Made by a program: the position numbers and the translations under genes
IMG/VR virus record: IMGVR_UViG_2799112742_000018
Location: 1 to 64,000 of that record
Strand: one strand, 5' to 3'
DNA: 64,000 nucleotides
Source: a virus
Lineage: Duplodnaviria > Caudoviricetes
Notes under the pieces: model-generated
Told to the model about the DNA's origin: nothing
Seen by the model: the letters and a program-made list of their open reading frames with translations, nothing else
Database searches by the model: none
In this document: piece after piece, positions 52,297 to 61,656 of the stretch
Layout: the number at the start of each line of letters is the position of its first letter
Numbering within the stretch: the stretch's first letter is position 1

Positions 52297-53565
52297 ATGA
52301 AAAAGAGAAATTCAGTAGAATCGGGAGGTCAGTACTTTACAAGCAATGACCTTGTATCATACTACAACGAGACCAAGAAGACCATTCAGGACTACGTTGA
52401 TGAAATAAGAAGGCATTGTGGATACAAGACAGTCGTATCTCAAACTGCCGATGGAACTATCCTTGATGATCGAGGAAGACTGATGGATCTTTATGATTCA
52501 TGTCTCATGCAGGATGCACATCTCAGGTCTTGTATGGAAACATTGTATTCATACATTACTGGTGAAAGATATGCTCTCGGCACTATTGACGAAAGGGGTG
52601 AATTTGTCATTGATGTTGAAGAAACAAAGAAAGTACAGACACTTGATTTTGAGAAATTCATAATCGGTATTCAGGATGCTACGGCATACGGATATACATT
52701 GTTCGATATTTCCTCAAAAAGAAACCCCGCTACTGGACTTCCAGATTATATAGGTACGGTTGAGCGCCGTAATGTTCTTCCAAGTCAGAGACGAGTAGTC
52801 AAGACACAGGGACAATGGATGCCTGGTTGGGATCTTGATAGTGAGAGATATAAACACAACTATATCCTTATTGATACTTGTGGACTCGGTATGTTTGCCA
52901 CCAGTACACCTCTTGTATTGGCTAAGAAATATACCGTTTCAAACTGGGTAAATTTCAGCCATACATACGGACAGCCTATCATTCATGGCAAGACAACCGC
53001 AACCGATAATGAGAGTAGAAAGAGATTGGCGCAGAGTATTGTAAATGCAGCCCAGAATAAGGTTGTTGTTACTGGTACTGATGATGCTATTGACATCAAG
53101 ACATTTACAATGTCAAACTCTGAGAAAATATTCCAGAGCCTTATTGAGAATTATGCTAATGCCGAGATTTCAAACCTTATTCTTGGCTCTGAGTCTATGG
53201 CTGGCGCTACCCAGTCTTATGTGGGATCAACTAAGGCGCATGAGGATATTCTTAGGAGTAGAGTACGTAGGTATCGCCGTTTTATTGAGCAGACTATCAA
53301 TGAAAGAATACTTCCAGAATTGGTTTACTGGGGTTTCATCAAGCCTGGCCTTGTATTCAAGTATTCTAAGCAGCTTGATATGTCTGTTGAGGCAAAAACC
53401 GAGGTATTCAAAATGCTTACCGCAGCTTATGATGTGCCAAAGGAAACTATCAGAAATGAGTTTGGCGTTGAGGTAGGAGAGCAGATGAACCATAAGCAGC
53501 AGTTGGTAAGTAAAACCACTGGTAACGCAAATGCAAGGGTAAATTTTCTGAGGGGAAAGCAATAG
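52297..53565 (+). CDS. Portal protein (DUF935 / Mu gp29-like)
   Basis: DLYDSCLMQDAHL, YGYTL, W..F...YGQP, NAEISNLILG, first gene of head module. Confidence 0.85.
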   Translation: MKKRNSVESGGQYFTSNDLVSYYNETKKTIQDYVDEIRRHCGYKTVVSQTADGTILDDRGRLMDLYDSCLMQDAHLRSCMETLYSYITGERYALGTIDERGEFVIDVEETKKVQTLDFEKFIIGIQDATAYGYTLFDISSKRNPATGLPDYIGTVERRNVLPSQRRVVKTQGQWMPGWDLDSERYKHNYILIDTCGLGMFATSTPLVLAKKYTVSNWVNFSHTYGQPIIHGKTTATDNESRKRLAQSIVNAAQNKVVVTGTDDAIDIKTFTMSNSEKIFQSLIENYANAEISNLILGSESMAGATQSYVGSTKAHEDILRSRVRRYRRFIEQTINERILPELVYWGFIKPGLVFKYSKQLDMSVEAKTEVFKMLTAAYDVPKETIRNEFGVEVGEQMNHKQQLVSKTTGNANARVNFLRGKQ

Positions 53566-53597
53566 GCGGTACTGTTTTCCCAGACATAAAAGCCGCA
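53541..53597 (+). promoter_or_regulatory. -1 programmed ribosomal frameshift signal (portal to MuF)
   Basis: A_AAT_TTT heptamer 53541-53547; stem GGGAAAGC/GTTTTCCC; loop GCGGT pairs with GCCGC. Confidence 0.75.
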
Positions 53598-54449
53598 TTG
53601 TCCGAAGATGAGGATGAGGAGAATAAGAAGAAAATGCTTGATCTTTTTATTGCCCTTATCAGATCTATGGGCAATGCAGATTCCCGCGAGGAAGCCCTGT
53701 ATCAATTAGCTGAATTGCGTACTGAGATTGCTGTGAATAGAGCTTTTGATGGATTTAATATTGAACCTGAAGATGCTCTTAGCTTGATACGTGAAATGGA
53801 TGTTACCAAGCTTTCAGAAGAAGATATTGAAAAGCGTAATGTTCTTATTGCGGCTATCAGTAATCTTATTGAATTTGCAACTTGTGAGGAATATCATCTT
53901 TATAAAGATGTAGAAGAGCAAGGCAAGGATTATACCGATGAGGACTGGATAGATGAAAATCTTGACGATCCTCTTTCGCCATTCCTCAATATTAACCATA
54001 AGTACAACGAGGTATATGCCGATGTGGAGGATTCTGATATAGAATACTCTATGGCTATGGCTTGGCTATGGGTAGTTGAGTGGGATAAGCATACTACTCT
54101 TACCTATATGACACAGAATGATGATCGTGTACGTCCCTGGCACTATGCGCTTCAGGGGTTTACGGCAAGGAGAGACGAGTTCCCAGAATGGATGATACCA
54201 CCTATTGAATGGGCTTGTCGTTGCTATCTTGTTGCTGAAACTGGAGTAAGTGCGAAGCTTGATCTTAATGTGATGGCAAAACAAAAGACACCTAAGAAAC
54301 CAAAGGAACTTGATGGTATTTTTAAGGAGTCTGTTTGTAAGTGTGGGCGTATTTTCTCTGATGAGCATCCTTATTTTCAGATTGATGATAAGGATGAAGA
54401 TATGCTGAAGGGGTTTGTTGAACGTTTAAGGCAGAAGTATTATGGCTAA
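53598..54449 (+). CDS. MuF / SPP1 gp7-like head morphogenesis protein (probably translated as a portal fusion)
   Basis: YMTQNDDRVRPWH, PPIEWACRC, FSDEHPYF. Confidence 0.88.
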   Translation: MSEDEDEENKKKMLDLFIALIRSMGNADSREEALYQLAELRTEIAVNRAFDGFNIEPEDALSLIREMDVTKLSEEDIEKRNVLIAAISNLIEFATCEEYHLYKDVEEQGKDYTDEDWIDENLDDPLSPFLNINHKYNEVYADVEDSDIEYSMAMAWLWVVEWDKHTTLTYMTQNDDRVRPWHYALQGFTARRDEFPEWMIPPIEWACRCYLVAETGVSAKLDLNVMAKQKTPKKPKELDGIFKESVCKCGRIFSDEHPYFQIDDKDEDMLKGFVERLRQKYYG

Positions 54450-55257
54450 GAAAATATTAGGATTTAGAAGTTCTGGCCCTAATAAAAGCCCATATCTCGG
54501 ATTCTTTTCTCAGAGTAAAAACGCTATTATTAGGAGTGCTTCTTATGGGATTCATCATCCTGTTGGTAATCTGAAAATTTCAAATCAGCTTAAAGATTTT
54601 AATAGGGGTAAGCTGAGAGATGTGGGTTATATTCCTGAAAAAGGCCCAGGTAAGGGGCTTACTCAAATTAAGGGTGATCAGTTTGCGCAACATCTTAATA
54701 TACTTTCTAATCAATTTGATATTGCTACTTGGATGTTTATTCAAGCTTTAGGTTCCCACATGCTTCAATGGTTTCAAAGTAGCTTTAAGAATAAGGGGCT
54801 TACTACTGATAGATGGAAAGCGTTGTCTGATACAACAAGAAGAAAAAGAGTAAAACTCGGATTTAGTGCAATTGATACACTTGTTAGGACTGGAAGGTTA
54901 AGAGATTCATTGGAAATGTATCCGCTTCCAGGAGGAAAAAGTGTAAAAATATTAACCAAACCAAATGCGTTTAGAGGTGCATATCCTGAATTTATAGGAT
55001 CTCATAGACGTAAAACAATATATAATGGTAATGTTGGTAGATCTGGATTCTCAGTAAATGGTAGGCAATTATGGGGGCGTTTAGGAAGAATATATGCTGG
55101 ATGTCACCTTAATAAGGATAATGAGCGAATGTATCGACCATTTATGACCGAGGATATTAGAGGTAATGAAAAAAAGAAGATAATAATCCTTATGGATGAT
55201 ATTCTCTTCTATGGTGTGTTTAACAGGGTAATGGGATTCTCAATATATAAAGGTTAG
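54442..55257 (+). CDS. Virion morphogenesis protein (Mu gpG-like)
   Basis: WKALSDTT..., LVRTGRLRDSL, RPFM. Confidence 0.7.
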   Translation: MAKKILGFRSSGPNKSPYLGFFSQSKNAIIRSASYGIHHPVGNLKISNQLKDFNRGKLRDVGYIPEKGPGKGLTQIKGDQFAQHLNILSNQFDIATWMFIQALGSHMLQWFQSSFKNKGLTTDRWKALSDTTRRKRVKLGFSAIDTLVRTGRLRDSLEMYPLPGGKSVKILTKPNAFRGAYPEFIGSHRRKTIYNGNVGRSGFSVNGRQLWGRLGRIYAGCHLNKDNERMYRPFMTEDIRGNEKKKIIILMDDILFYGVFNRVMGFSIYKG

Positions 55258-55259
55258 AT

Positions 55260-56015
55260 ATGATAGTTGATAAGAAAAGCAAAAATGTGATTAGTAACAA
55301 TCAGGCTAATTCACAGCACATAGAGCCATTGGGAACTGGTGACAATCTGCCACCAGAAATGCCTTATAATGGTATAATTGAGGTATTTAAGGCTATCAAG
55401 ACTATCTTGAAAGAGACAAGATGGTATTATAATGATCCTAATAGTGATTTTATATTTAAGACCGTCCAACACAATACTGGTCAGTATGAATATGAAATTA
55501 CTGGCCACATGAACACTATGGCCGAAATAGCGTACCCAGCCGCATTTATCAGCTTTATTAATATGAGGTGGATAAATGGTCAGAATACGGTTAATGAGGG
55601 TTCTGCCGAGTTACGTATCCAGTATGTTATGAACACATTGAATAATCATGATGACGATAAGGATACTGAACTTTATTATGTAGGACAGCGTATTATTCAG
55701 ACAATACAGGAAAGAAGAGGAGAGTTCCCATGTCTTCAGAAAGAATGTAAGTTGACATTCATGGATACCGCCACTTATATGCACAATGGACTTCAGGCTT
55801 GCTGGCTTACTTATTCTATCAAGTTTACCGAGGTTAGTGTGTGGGCTGAACGCAATAGGATTAGTAGGTTTATCATCACACCACCATTTACTAACCATTC
55901 AGACCAGAAAGATCCTGAATTGCAGAATCCGATGCACCATAGCGATGCTCATCATCCACGTGCCTATGATGAAGCTACGCATTTTGATAATTTGGAGGAT
56001 AAATTCAAATCATAA
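55260..56015 (+). CDS. Putative tail-completion/neck protein
   Basis: HNTGQYE, YPAAFISF; position in head-tail module. Confidence 0.55.
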   Translation: MIVDKKSKNVISNNQANSQHIEPLGTGDNLPPEMPYNGIIEVFKAIKTILKETRWYYNDPNSDFIFKTVQHNTGQYEYEITGHMNTMAEIAYPAAFISFINMRWINGQNTVNEGSAELRIQYVMNTLNNHDDDKDTELYYVGQRIIQTIQERRGEFPCLQKECKLTFMDTATYMHNGLQACWLTYSIKFTEVSVWAERNRISRFIITPPFTNHSDQKDPELQNPMHHSDAHHPRAYDEATHFDNLEDKFKS

Positions 56016-56050
56016 GTAATTGTGTTACTATTAATTATAAACAAATCAAT

Positions 56051-57313
56051 ATGAAACAAGAAGATTTGAAATTCGTAAAAGGAAGCGTTGAGCGTGGTAA
56101 GCCAGCTACAATATGCTTCTTCTCTGAGGTAGAGAAATGGAATGTCCAGGACTTTATCTGGGAGTTCAATTGGATTAAGGATCGCCAGCCTTCTGAGATT
56201 AAGGTTCTCATTAATTCTGTTGGCGGTAACTGCGTTGATGGTATCAGTGCTTTCTCTACTATCATCAATTGTGAAATTCCTGTTACCTGTGTCATCGAGG
56301 GTATTGCGGCTTCTATGGCTTCTATTATCTGGGCTGCTGGTAACAAGTGTCTCATGCGTGATTATGCTCTTCTTATGATCCATAATCCCTGGTCTGAGAA
56401 ATCAGATGATCCAGAAACACAGCGCACAATCGAGAATTTCACAACCCAGTTGAAGACTATTTATACCAAGCGATTCAAGATGGATGAGGAAAAAATTACA
56501 GCCATTATGAATGGTGAGGATAATTATGATGGAACATTCTTTACTGCTCAACAGGCAGTGGAGGCTGGCTTCATTACTGCTGACCAAATCATTGAGACTG
56601 GGAGTGTTAGCGCATCTATTGCAGCTAAGCTTGAAGGTGTCAGCAATTCTTCCGCTATCGTTTCTATCATGCAGGGTGCGATTGATCAAAATCTAAAAAG
56701 TATTGAGAGTCGCACTATTATGAAGAAAGAAGATAATTTGTTAAACAATAAAACAAACAACATGAATCAGGAATTTCTTACAGTAGCCGCACTTCTCGGT
56801 TTGACAGGTGAAAAGGCTAATGAGAGCGCAGTATCTGCAAAGATCCAGGATCTTGTTAAGGCTTCTAAGGAGCTTGAGACTCTGAAGGCTGAGAAGAAGG
56901 CTCTGGATGAAAAGGTATCTGCCCTCAACACTGAGCTTGCTGGTAGCAAGGCTTCAGTAGAGAATCTTACTAAGAATCTTAACGATGCTCAGGCAGCTCT
57001 TGACAAGTACAAGCAGGCTGAAGAGGCAGCACGTACAGCTTCTATCAACGCTATGATTGATGATGCTATCGCTGCTGGTAAGATCGGCAAGGATGCAAAG
57101 GACACATGGGTAGCAATGGCTGAGGAAAACTTTGACCTCGCAAAGCAGACTCTTGACTCTATCCCAGTACGTGAGGACATCTCTGCTCAGATTGCACAGG
57201 ATCCAACTAACAAACAGAAGACTGCCGAGCAGATGGCCGATGAAGAGGCTAAGGTAAAGGCACAGGTTGACGAGGTTGTTGGTAAGGATTTTGCGTTCCG
57301 TTCTCTCAAGTAA
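56051..57313 (+). CDS. ClpP-type prohead protease with C-terminal scaffold
   Basis: INSVGG, GIAASMAS, LMIHNP, coiled-coil C-terminus. Confidence 0.9.
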   Translation: MKQEDLKFVKGSVERGKPATICFFSEVEKWNVQDFIWEFNWIKDRQPSEIKVLINSVGGNCVDGISAFSTIINCEIPVTCVIEGIAASMASIIWAAGNKCLMRDYALLMIHNPWSEKSDDPETQRTIENFTTQLKTIYTKRFKMDEEKITAIMNGEDNYDGTFFTAQQAVEAGFITADQIIETGSVSASIAAKLEGVSNSSAIVSIMQGAIDQNLKSIESRTIMKKEDNLLNNKTNNMNQEFLTVAALLGLTGEKANESAVSAKIQDLVKASKELETLKAEKKALDEKVSALNTELAGSKASVENLTKNLNDAQAALDKYKQAEEAARTASINAMIDDAIAAGKIGKDAKDTWVAMAEENFDLAKQTLDSIPVREDISAQIAQDPTNKQKTAEQMADEEAKVKAQVDEVVGKDFAFRSLK

Positions 57314-57342
57314 TATTGAACAACTAAAAAATTATCAATAAT

Positions 57343-58443
57343 ATGGCAACAACATCATTTTCTTTCGGTGCAGGTCAGTCTAACTACACTGGTGAGGTAC
57401 TTAACGATCTGCTATCATACACAGCTCAGGAGAATGAGACCTACAAGAATGGTCTGATCCACGTTGAATCTGGCATTCAGAAGAAGCTTGCTCTTCCTCT
57501 TATTCAGCGCCAGCCATTCATTCAGTCTCGCACCCCTACACCACGCCAGGCTTCTCAGAACAATCTTTCTGCTGATAGCTACGGTGGCTTTACATTCACC
57601 GAGCGTTATCTTGAGCCACAGGACTTCATGATCTATCTTGAGTTCAATCCTCGTGACTTCGAGAGCTACTACAAGCAGTTCCAGCCAAAGGGCAACCTCG
57701 TATTCCGCGAGCTTGATCCACGTGTACAGGCAACTATGCTTCGCCTTCTCATGGAGGGTAAGGAGTCTTATATTAACAACGCTATTTGGCGTTCAGCTAA
57801 GGCTACTGATGCAGCTCATGTAAAGGACAATGCTTCTACTCCTGCTGCTCAGACAATCATCGGTGGTGACGATGCTGCTGGTCCAATGAGCTTCTTCGGT
57901 GGCGCTCTCTATCGCATTATCGCTAATGCTAATGCTACTGCTGGCTCTGAGGAGGCTAATGGTGGTAAGGTTACTGTCACTGGCAACGCAAGCTTCACAG
58001 GTAATGTGGCTACTGCTGGTGCAGCTATCGAGACTGAGATGTACAACATGTGGCAGCATCTTCCAAAGGAGCTTCGTTCTGATCCAAAGCTTGAGTTCCT
58101 TATGGACTACAACACATGGGACATCTACGATCAGTATCTTTCATCTAAGGATGTTAAGTACACTGACAACCGCGAGGAGAACCAGCGCCGCTTCAGAGGT
58201 CGCCGCGTAATCCCAATGGTTGCTCTCCCAGACAATACTATCATCCTCGGTAGGTTCACAACAGGACGCGACTCTAACCTCTGGATGGGTGTTGACTATG
58301 CTGATGCAGAGAACACAATCCAGGTTGATCGTCTTCAGAACAACTCTGAGCTTTACTTCTTCAAGGCTCTTCTCAAGATGGATGTTAATATCGTCCGTCC
58401 AAAGGAGATTGTTGCTCACCTTCCATTCACATGGTCTGCGTAA
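57343..58443 (+). CDS. Major capsid protein
   Basis: Follows protease/scaffold, strong codon bias, 366 aa, followed by terminator. Confidence 0.8.
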   Translation: MATTSFSFGAGQSNYTGEVLNDLLSYTAQENETYKNGLIHVESGIQKKLALPLIQRQPFIQSRTPTPRQASQNNLSADSYGGFTFTERYLEPQDFMIYLEFNPRDFESYYKQFQPKGNLVFRELDPRVQATMLRLLMEGKESYINNAIWRSAKATDAAHVKDNASTPAAQTIIGGDDAAGPMSFFGGALYRIIANANATAGSEEANGGKVTVTGNASFTGNVATAGAAIETEMYNMWQHLPKELRSDPKLEFLMDYNTWDIYDQYLSSKDVKYTDNREENQRRFRGRRVIPMVALPDNTIILGRFTTGRDSNLWMGVDYADAENTIQVDRLQNNSELYFFKALLKMDVNIVRPKEIVAHLPFTWSA

Positions 58444-58465
58444 CTTTTTCTGCATAATAAAAATT

Positions 58466-58500
58466 GAGGGGTGGCGGTTCTATTCCACCACCCCTTTTTC
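58466..58500 (+). terminator. Terminator after capsid gene
   Basis: GAGGGGTGG..CCACCACCCCTTTTT. Confidence 0.7.
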
Positions 58501-58514
58501 AAAACTAATACACT

Positions 58515-58901
58515 ATGGCAAGACGTATCACAAAAGAAGAAACCGAAGAGGTTGTAAAGACACAGGGAGTACAGGAAACACAGGAAACCGAGTCAAGTAC
58601 TGAAACACAGCAGGAACAGGAAACTGAGCAGAAGACCGAGACACAGGAAACTGAGCAGGAGCCTGAGACACAGGAGCCAAATCCTGATGTTGAAAAACAG
58701 GAGGAACAGGAGGATAAGCCTAAGACTGAAACCAAGAAGGGTGATAAGATCCCTGAGAATGTGGAGGCTCTTATGAAGCTTTATCCTCACATGAAGGAGA
58801 TGATCATCAACTCAAAGGGTTTCCTCTTCACACCTGGAACACCTCAGTCAATGCACAATGACGGTATTCTTTACAAGAACAAGTTTTTCAATAACAATTA
58901 A
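58515..58901 (+). CDS. Small structural-module protein with E/Q/T low-complexity repeats
   Basis: ETQETE/QEQETE repeats (CAGGAAAC units). Confidence 0.7.
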   Translation: MARRITKEETEEVVKTQGVQETQETESSTETQQEQETEQKTETQETEQEPETQEPNPDVEKQEEQEDKPKTETKKGDKIPENVEALMKLYPHMKEMIINSKGFLFTPGTPQSMHNDGILYKNKFFNNN

Positions 58902-58913
58902 AAATAAAATCAA

Positions 58914-60278
58914 ATGGCAACAACAAGACTTGGTGGTGTCTTCATGAATGACACCGATGGTAATATTGCAAAAGGCGCTGCTGTCAGCACTGAGAATGTG
59001 TGTGGTCTGATTTTTGATACTAAGGGATTTTCCAATCCTCTCGGTTCAGGAACTGCTGCTACCACATTTGCTAATGGCAATGTTGTGGAGCTGAATACCT
59101 CAAAGGATATTGCGGCTGCTGGTATTGATGAGAACGTAATGTGTGGTCTTCCTTACTACCACCTCAAGATGTTCTTTGAGCTTGCTGGCGAGAATCAGCG
59201 TATCTTCGTTTCCTTCATGGACTCTCAGGCAGATGCTAACTTCGATGCAATTCAGGTTATGCAGGCTGCTGCTGATGGTGTTATCTATCAGATTGGCGTA
59301 TGGACTGCTGAGCCAGTAGCAACAAAGAATGGTGAGAACTTCACATTCACCACTCTCTACACAAAGCTTCAGACTGCTGCCGAGGCTCTTGGTGGTAAGA
59401 TCGGTGTTCCTAACCTTGATGGTAACTCTCCAATCAACATCATCCTCAATGCACCAGTAGTTACAGACCTCGTGGTTGACTACACAAAGCTTCCTGAGAT
59501 CAGTTCTCTCAACTTGCCAAAGGTAACTCATATCCTTGGCCAGGAGGCTAACGAGACTGAGGTTCGTCCTATCCAGCTTGCCCTCATCAATGCTCTTGGT
59601 GACACTAAGGCTGTTCAGGTAGGTAACGTAGGTGCAGCTCTCGCTGTCCTCGCAGTAGCACCAGCAGACGTAAGCATCGCTTATGTTCGTGACTACAACC
59701 TCTCTGGCGCTATGCAGTCATGTGAGCTTGGTTTCGGTAGTATCATTCTTGATGGTGAGACAGCAGGCGAAAAGACATTCGCAGCAGCTTGCTCTTTCAA
59801 TAACATGAAGAGCATCACCTATCAGAAGCGTAACGAGAAGCTTCACCAGAAGGGGTATGTATTCCTCACACCAGTTGAGGGTATCCAGAATGGCGTATTC
59901 TTCAGCTCTGACATGACAATGAGTGAAGGTGATTATCGTAGCATCTCTCGCTGTCGCGTAATGCACAAGAGCCGCCGCGTTGTACGTCAGGCTCTTCTCA
60001 ACAAGATCAATGCTCCTGTAATGCTTGATGCTTCTACAGGTCAGATGAGTTCTGCTGACATCACAGAGTATCAGAACACTGTTCTTTCAGCTCTTGATCT
60101 CAACATGGTACAGCCAGGTACAGGTAACTCACAGATCAGTGGCCGTAGCTGCGCAATTGATCCTGAGCAGAACATCATCGCTAATGATGAGCTTCTGATT
60201 GAGTACTCTCTCGTACCAATCGGTTGTACAAGCGTTATCACTGTGACTGAGGGCTTCGTAGGTGCTGTTTCTGAGTAA
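58914..60278 (+). CDS. Tail sheath protein (DUF2586-like)
   Basis: PYYH..FF, QIGVWT, KGYVF, DY.SI...RV..K..R.VR.ALL. Confidence 0.8.
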   Translation: MATTRLGGVFMNDTDGNIAKGAAVSTENVCGLIFDTKGFSNPLGSGTAATTFANGNVVELNTSKDIAAAGIDENVMCGLPYYHLKMFFELAGENQRIFVSFMDSQADANFDAIQVMQAAADGVIYQIGVWTAEPVATKNGENFTFTTLYTKLQTAAEALGGKIGVPNLDGNSPINIILNAPVVTDLVVDYTKLPEISSLNLPKVTHILGQEANETEVRPIQLALINALGDTKAVQVGNVGAALAVLAVAPADVSIAYVRDYNLSGAMQSCELGFGSIILDGETAGEKTFAAACSFNNMKSITYQKRNEKLHQKGYVFLTPVEGIQNGVFFSSDMTMSEGDYRSISRCRVMHKSRRVVRQALLNKINAPVMLDASTGQMSSADITEYQNTVLSALDLNMVQPGTGNSQISGRSCAIDPEQNIIANDELLIEYSLVPIGCTSVITVTEGFVGAVSE

Positions 60279-60300
60279 TAACAATTAAAAGAATAAAGAC

Positions 60301-60816
60301 ATGGCAACAGTAATCAATAATGTAGTCGCAAGCTGGTCAATGATCCAGCTCAAGATGAGCAACGCCTCAAACTCTTCATTCCCAATCTCAGATCAGGGCG
60401 GTGAGAACGGTATCCTCGTTGATGCAACAAGTATCAAGTGGAATTGCTCTCGTAAGATTGAGGACATCTATGGTCTTGGTGGTCAGAGTCGCGGACGTGG
60501 TTTCGGTAATGTTACCTACACTGCCTCTATCACTCTTCCTTACCAGACACAGGCAGAACTTCAGGCTAAGGGTGGTGGTACTCTTATGGGACTCGGTGAA
60601 TTTGACATCATCGTTTCTTGGCAGAATGACCTCGCACAGAACATCTCTATGGACACAGTTACCCTCAAGGGCTGTATCTTCTCAGAGTCTGCTATGGAGG
60701 CTAACCAGGATGATACAAGCATTACCCACGAGTATGACCTTCATCCATATCGTATCTATACTTCTACGGCAGCATCTAACAATGTTAGCTGGAGTATGGA
60801 AATGTACAACAAGTAA
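60301..60816 (+). CDS. Tail tube protein
   Basis: SWSMI, YGLGGQSRGRGFGN, ASITL, VTLKGC.F; follows sheath. Confidence 0.8.
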   Translation: MATVINNVVASWSMIQLKMSNASNSSFPISDQGGENGILVDATSIKWNCSRKIEDIYGLGGQSRGRGFGNVTYTASITLPYQTQAELQAKGGGTLMGLGEFDIIVSWQNDLAQNISMDTVTLKGCIFSESAMEANQDDTSITHEYDLHPYRIYTSTAASNNVSWSMEMYNK

Positions 60817-60849
60817 GCAACGCCGTTTTGCTATACTGAACATAATTTT

Positions 60850-60880
60850 CAGGGAGGAATCGCAAGGTTCCTCTCTTTTT
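60850..60880 (+). terminator. Terminator after tail tube
   Basis: GAGGAA-TCGCAAGG-TTCCTC followed by U tract. Confidence 0.65.
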
Positions 60881-60967
60881 GTCTATAATCGTTACTAATT
60901 GTATATGTTGCTGAAACTATTATCTATAAAGTAAACCATTTAGTTTTTATTTTTAATTTGTTTAATT

Positions 60968-61363
60968 ATGGCAAAACAGAAAGAAGAAGAGACACCAGTA
61001 GTAGAGACTATTGATGTAAACAACCTCTCAGAGGAACAGCTAAATGCTATCAAGGCAAAGATTGCCGAGATCAGGGAGAAGCAGCATATCAAGCGTGTAT
61101 TCGCTATCGTAGTTGAGGGCGATGAGTTTGACGAAAAGCCTATGTTTATTGGCTACTTCCGCAACCCAAGCATCATGCACTTCAGTAACTATATGGCATT
61201 CGTAACAAAGGATGCTGTACAGGCAGCTCTCAATCTCGCTAAGGCAACCTTCATTGAAGGTGATCGTGAGCTGGTTGATGATGATGACATCTTCCTTCGC
61301 GGCACATTTGATCGTTTCAGTGCGATCATGGAGCGTAGAAACTCTGAAATGGTAAAAGCATAG
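60968..61363 (+). CDS. Tail assembly chaperone (gpG-like)
   Basis: Position after tube; ends ATG GTA AAA GCA TAG with open -1 frame. Confidence 0.7.
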   Translation: MAKQKEEETPVVETIDVNNLSEEQLNAIKAKIAEIREKQHIKRVFAIVVEGDEFDEKPMFIGYFRNPSIMHFSNYMAFVTKDAVQAALNLAKATFIEGDRELVDDDDIFLRGTFDRFSAIMERRNSEMVKA

Positions 61364-61569
61364 AGCGTTGTCGGATTGATAAGAAGGGATTATTCCAACA
61401 ACGCATAGCCTTAACGTTCCACTATTACCCGCAGTTCAAACTTCAGGATATGACAGACGAGGAGTTTGCATTCTGGAGTGAAAATGCCCTTTGGTTACAT
61501 GAGCAAATGTCATTACTGAAACAAGGTAATACACTCGCAGCTATGGGTGGTGCTGGAGCCAATAGATAG
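61357..61569 (+). CDS. Unlisted -1 frame extension of the chaperone (gpT-like)
   Basis: SIERCRIDKKGLFQQRIALTFHYYPQFKLQDMTDEEFAFWSENALWL...; 70 open codons with no start codon at its 5' end. Confidence 0.65.
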   Translation, partial: SIERCRIDKKGLFQQRIALTFHYYPQFKLQDMTDEEFAFWSENALWLHEQMSLLKQGNTLAAMGGAGANR

Positions 61570-61656
61570 ATTTTCTTTCCAAAGGGTGACTTTTGAGGCA
61601 AAAACCTCATCAGTCACCCTTTTATTTTTGTCTATTATTAAGAAAAACATTACGTA

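Noticed and set aside
58560-58735. CAGGAAAC-type nucleotide repeats
   Set aside because: Explained by the E/Q/T low-complexity protein sequence
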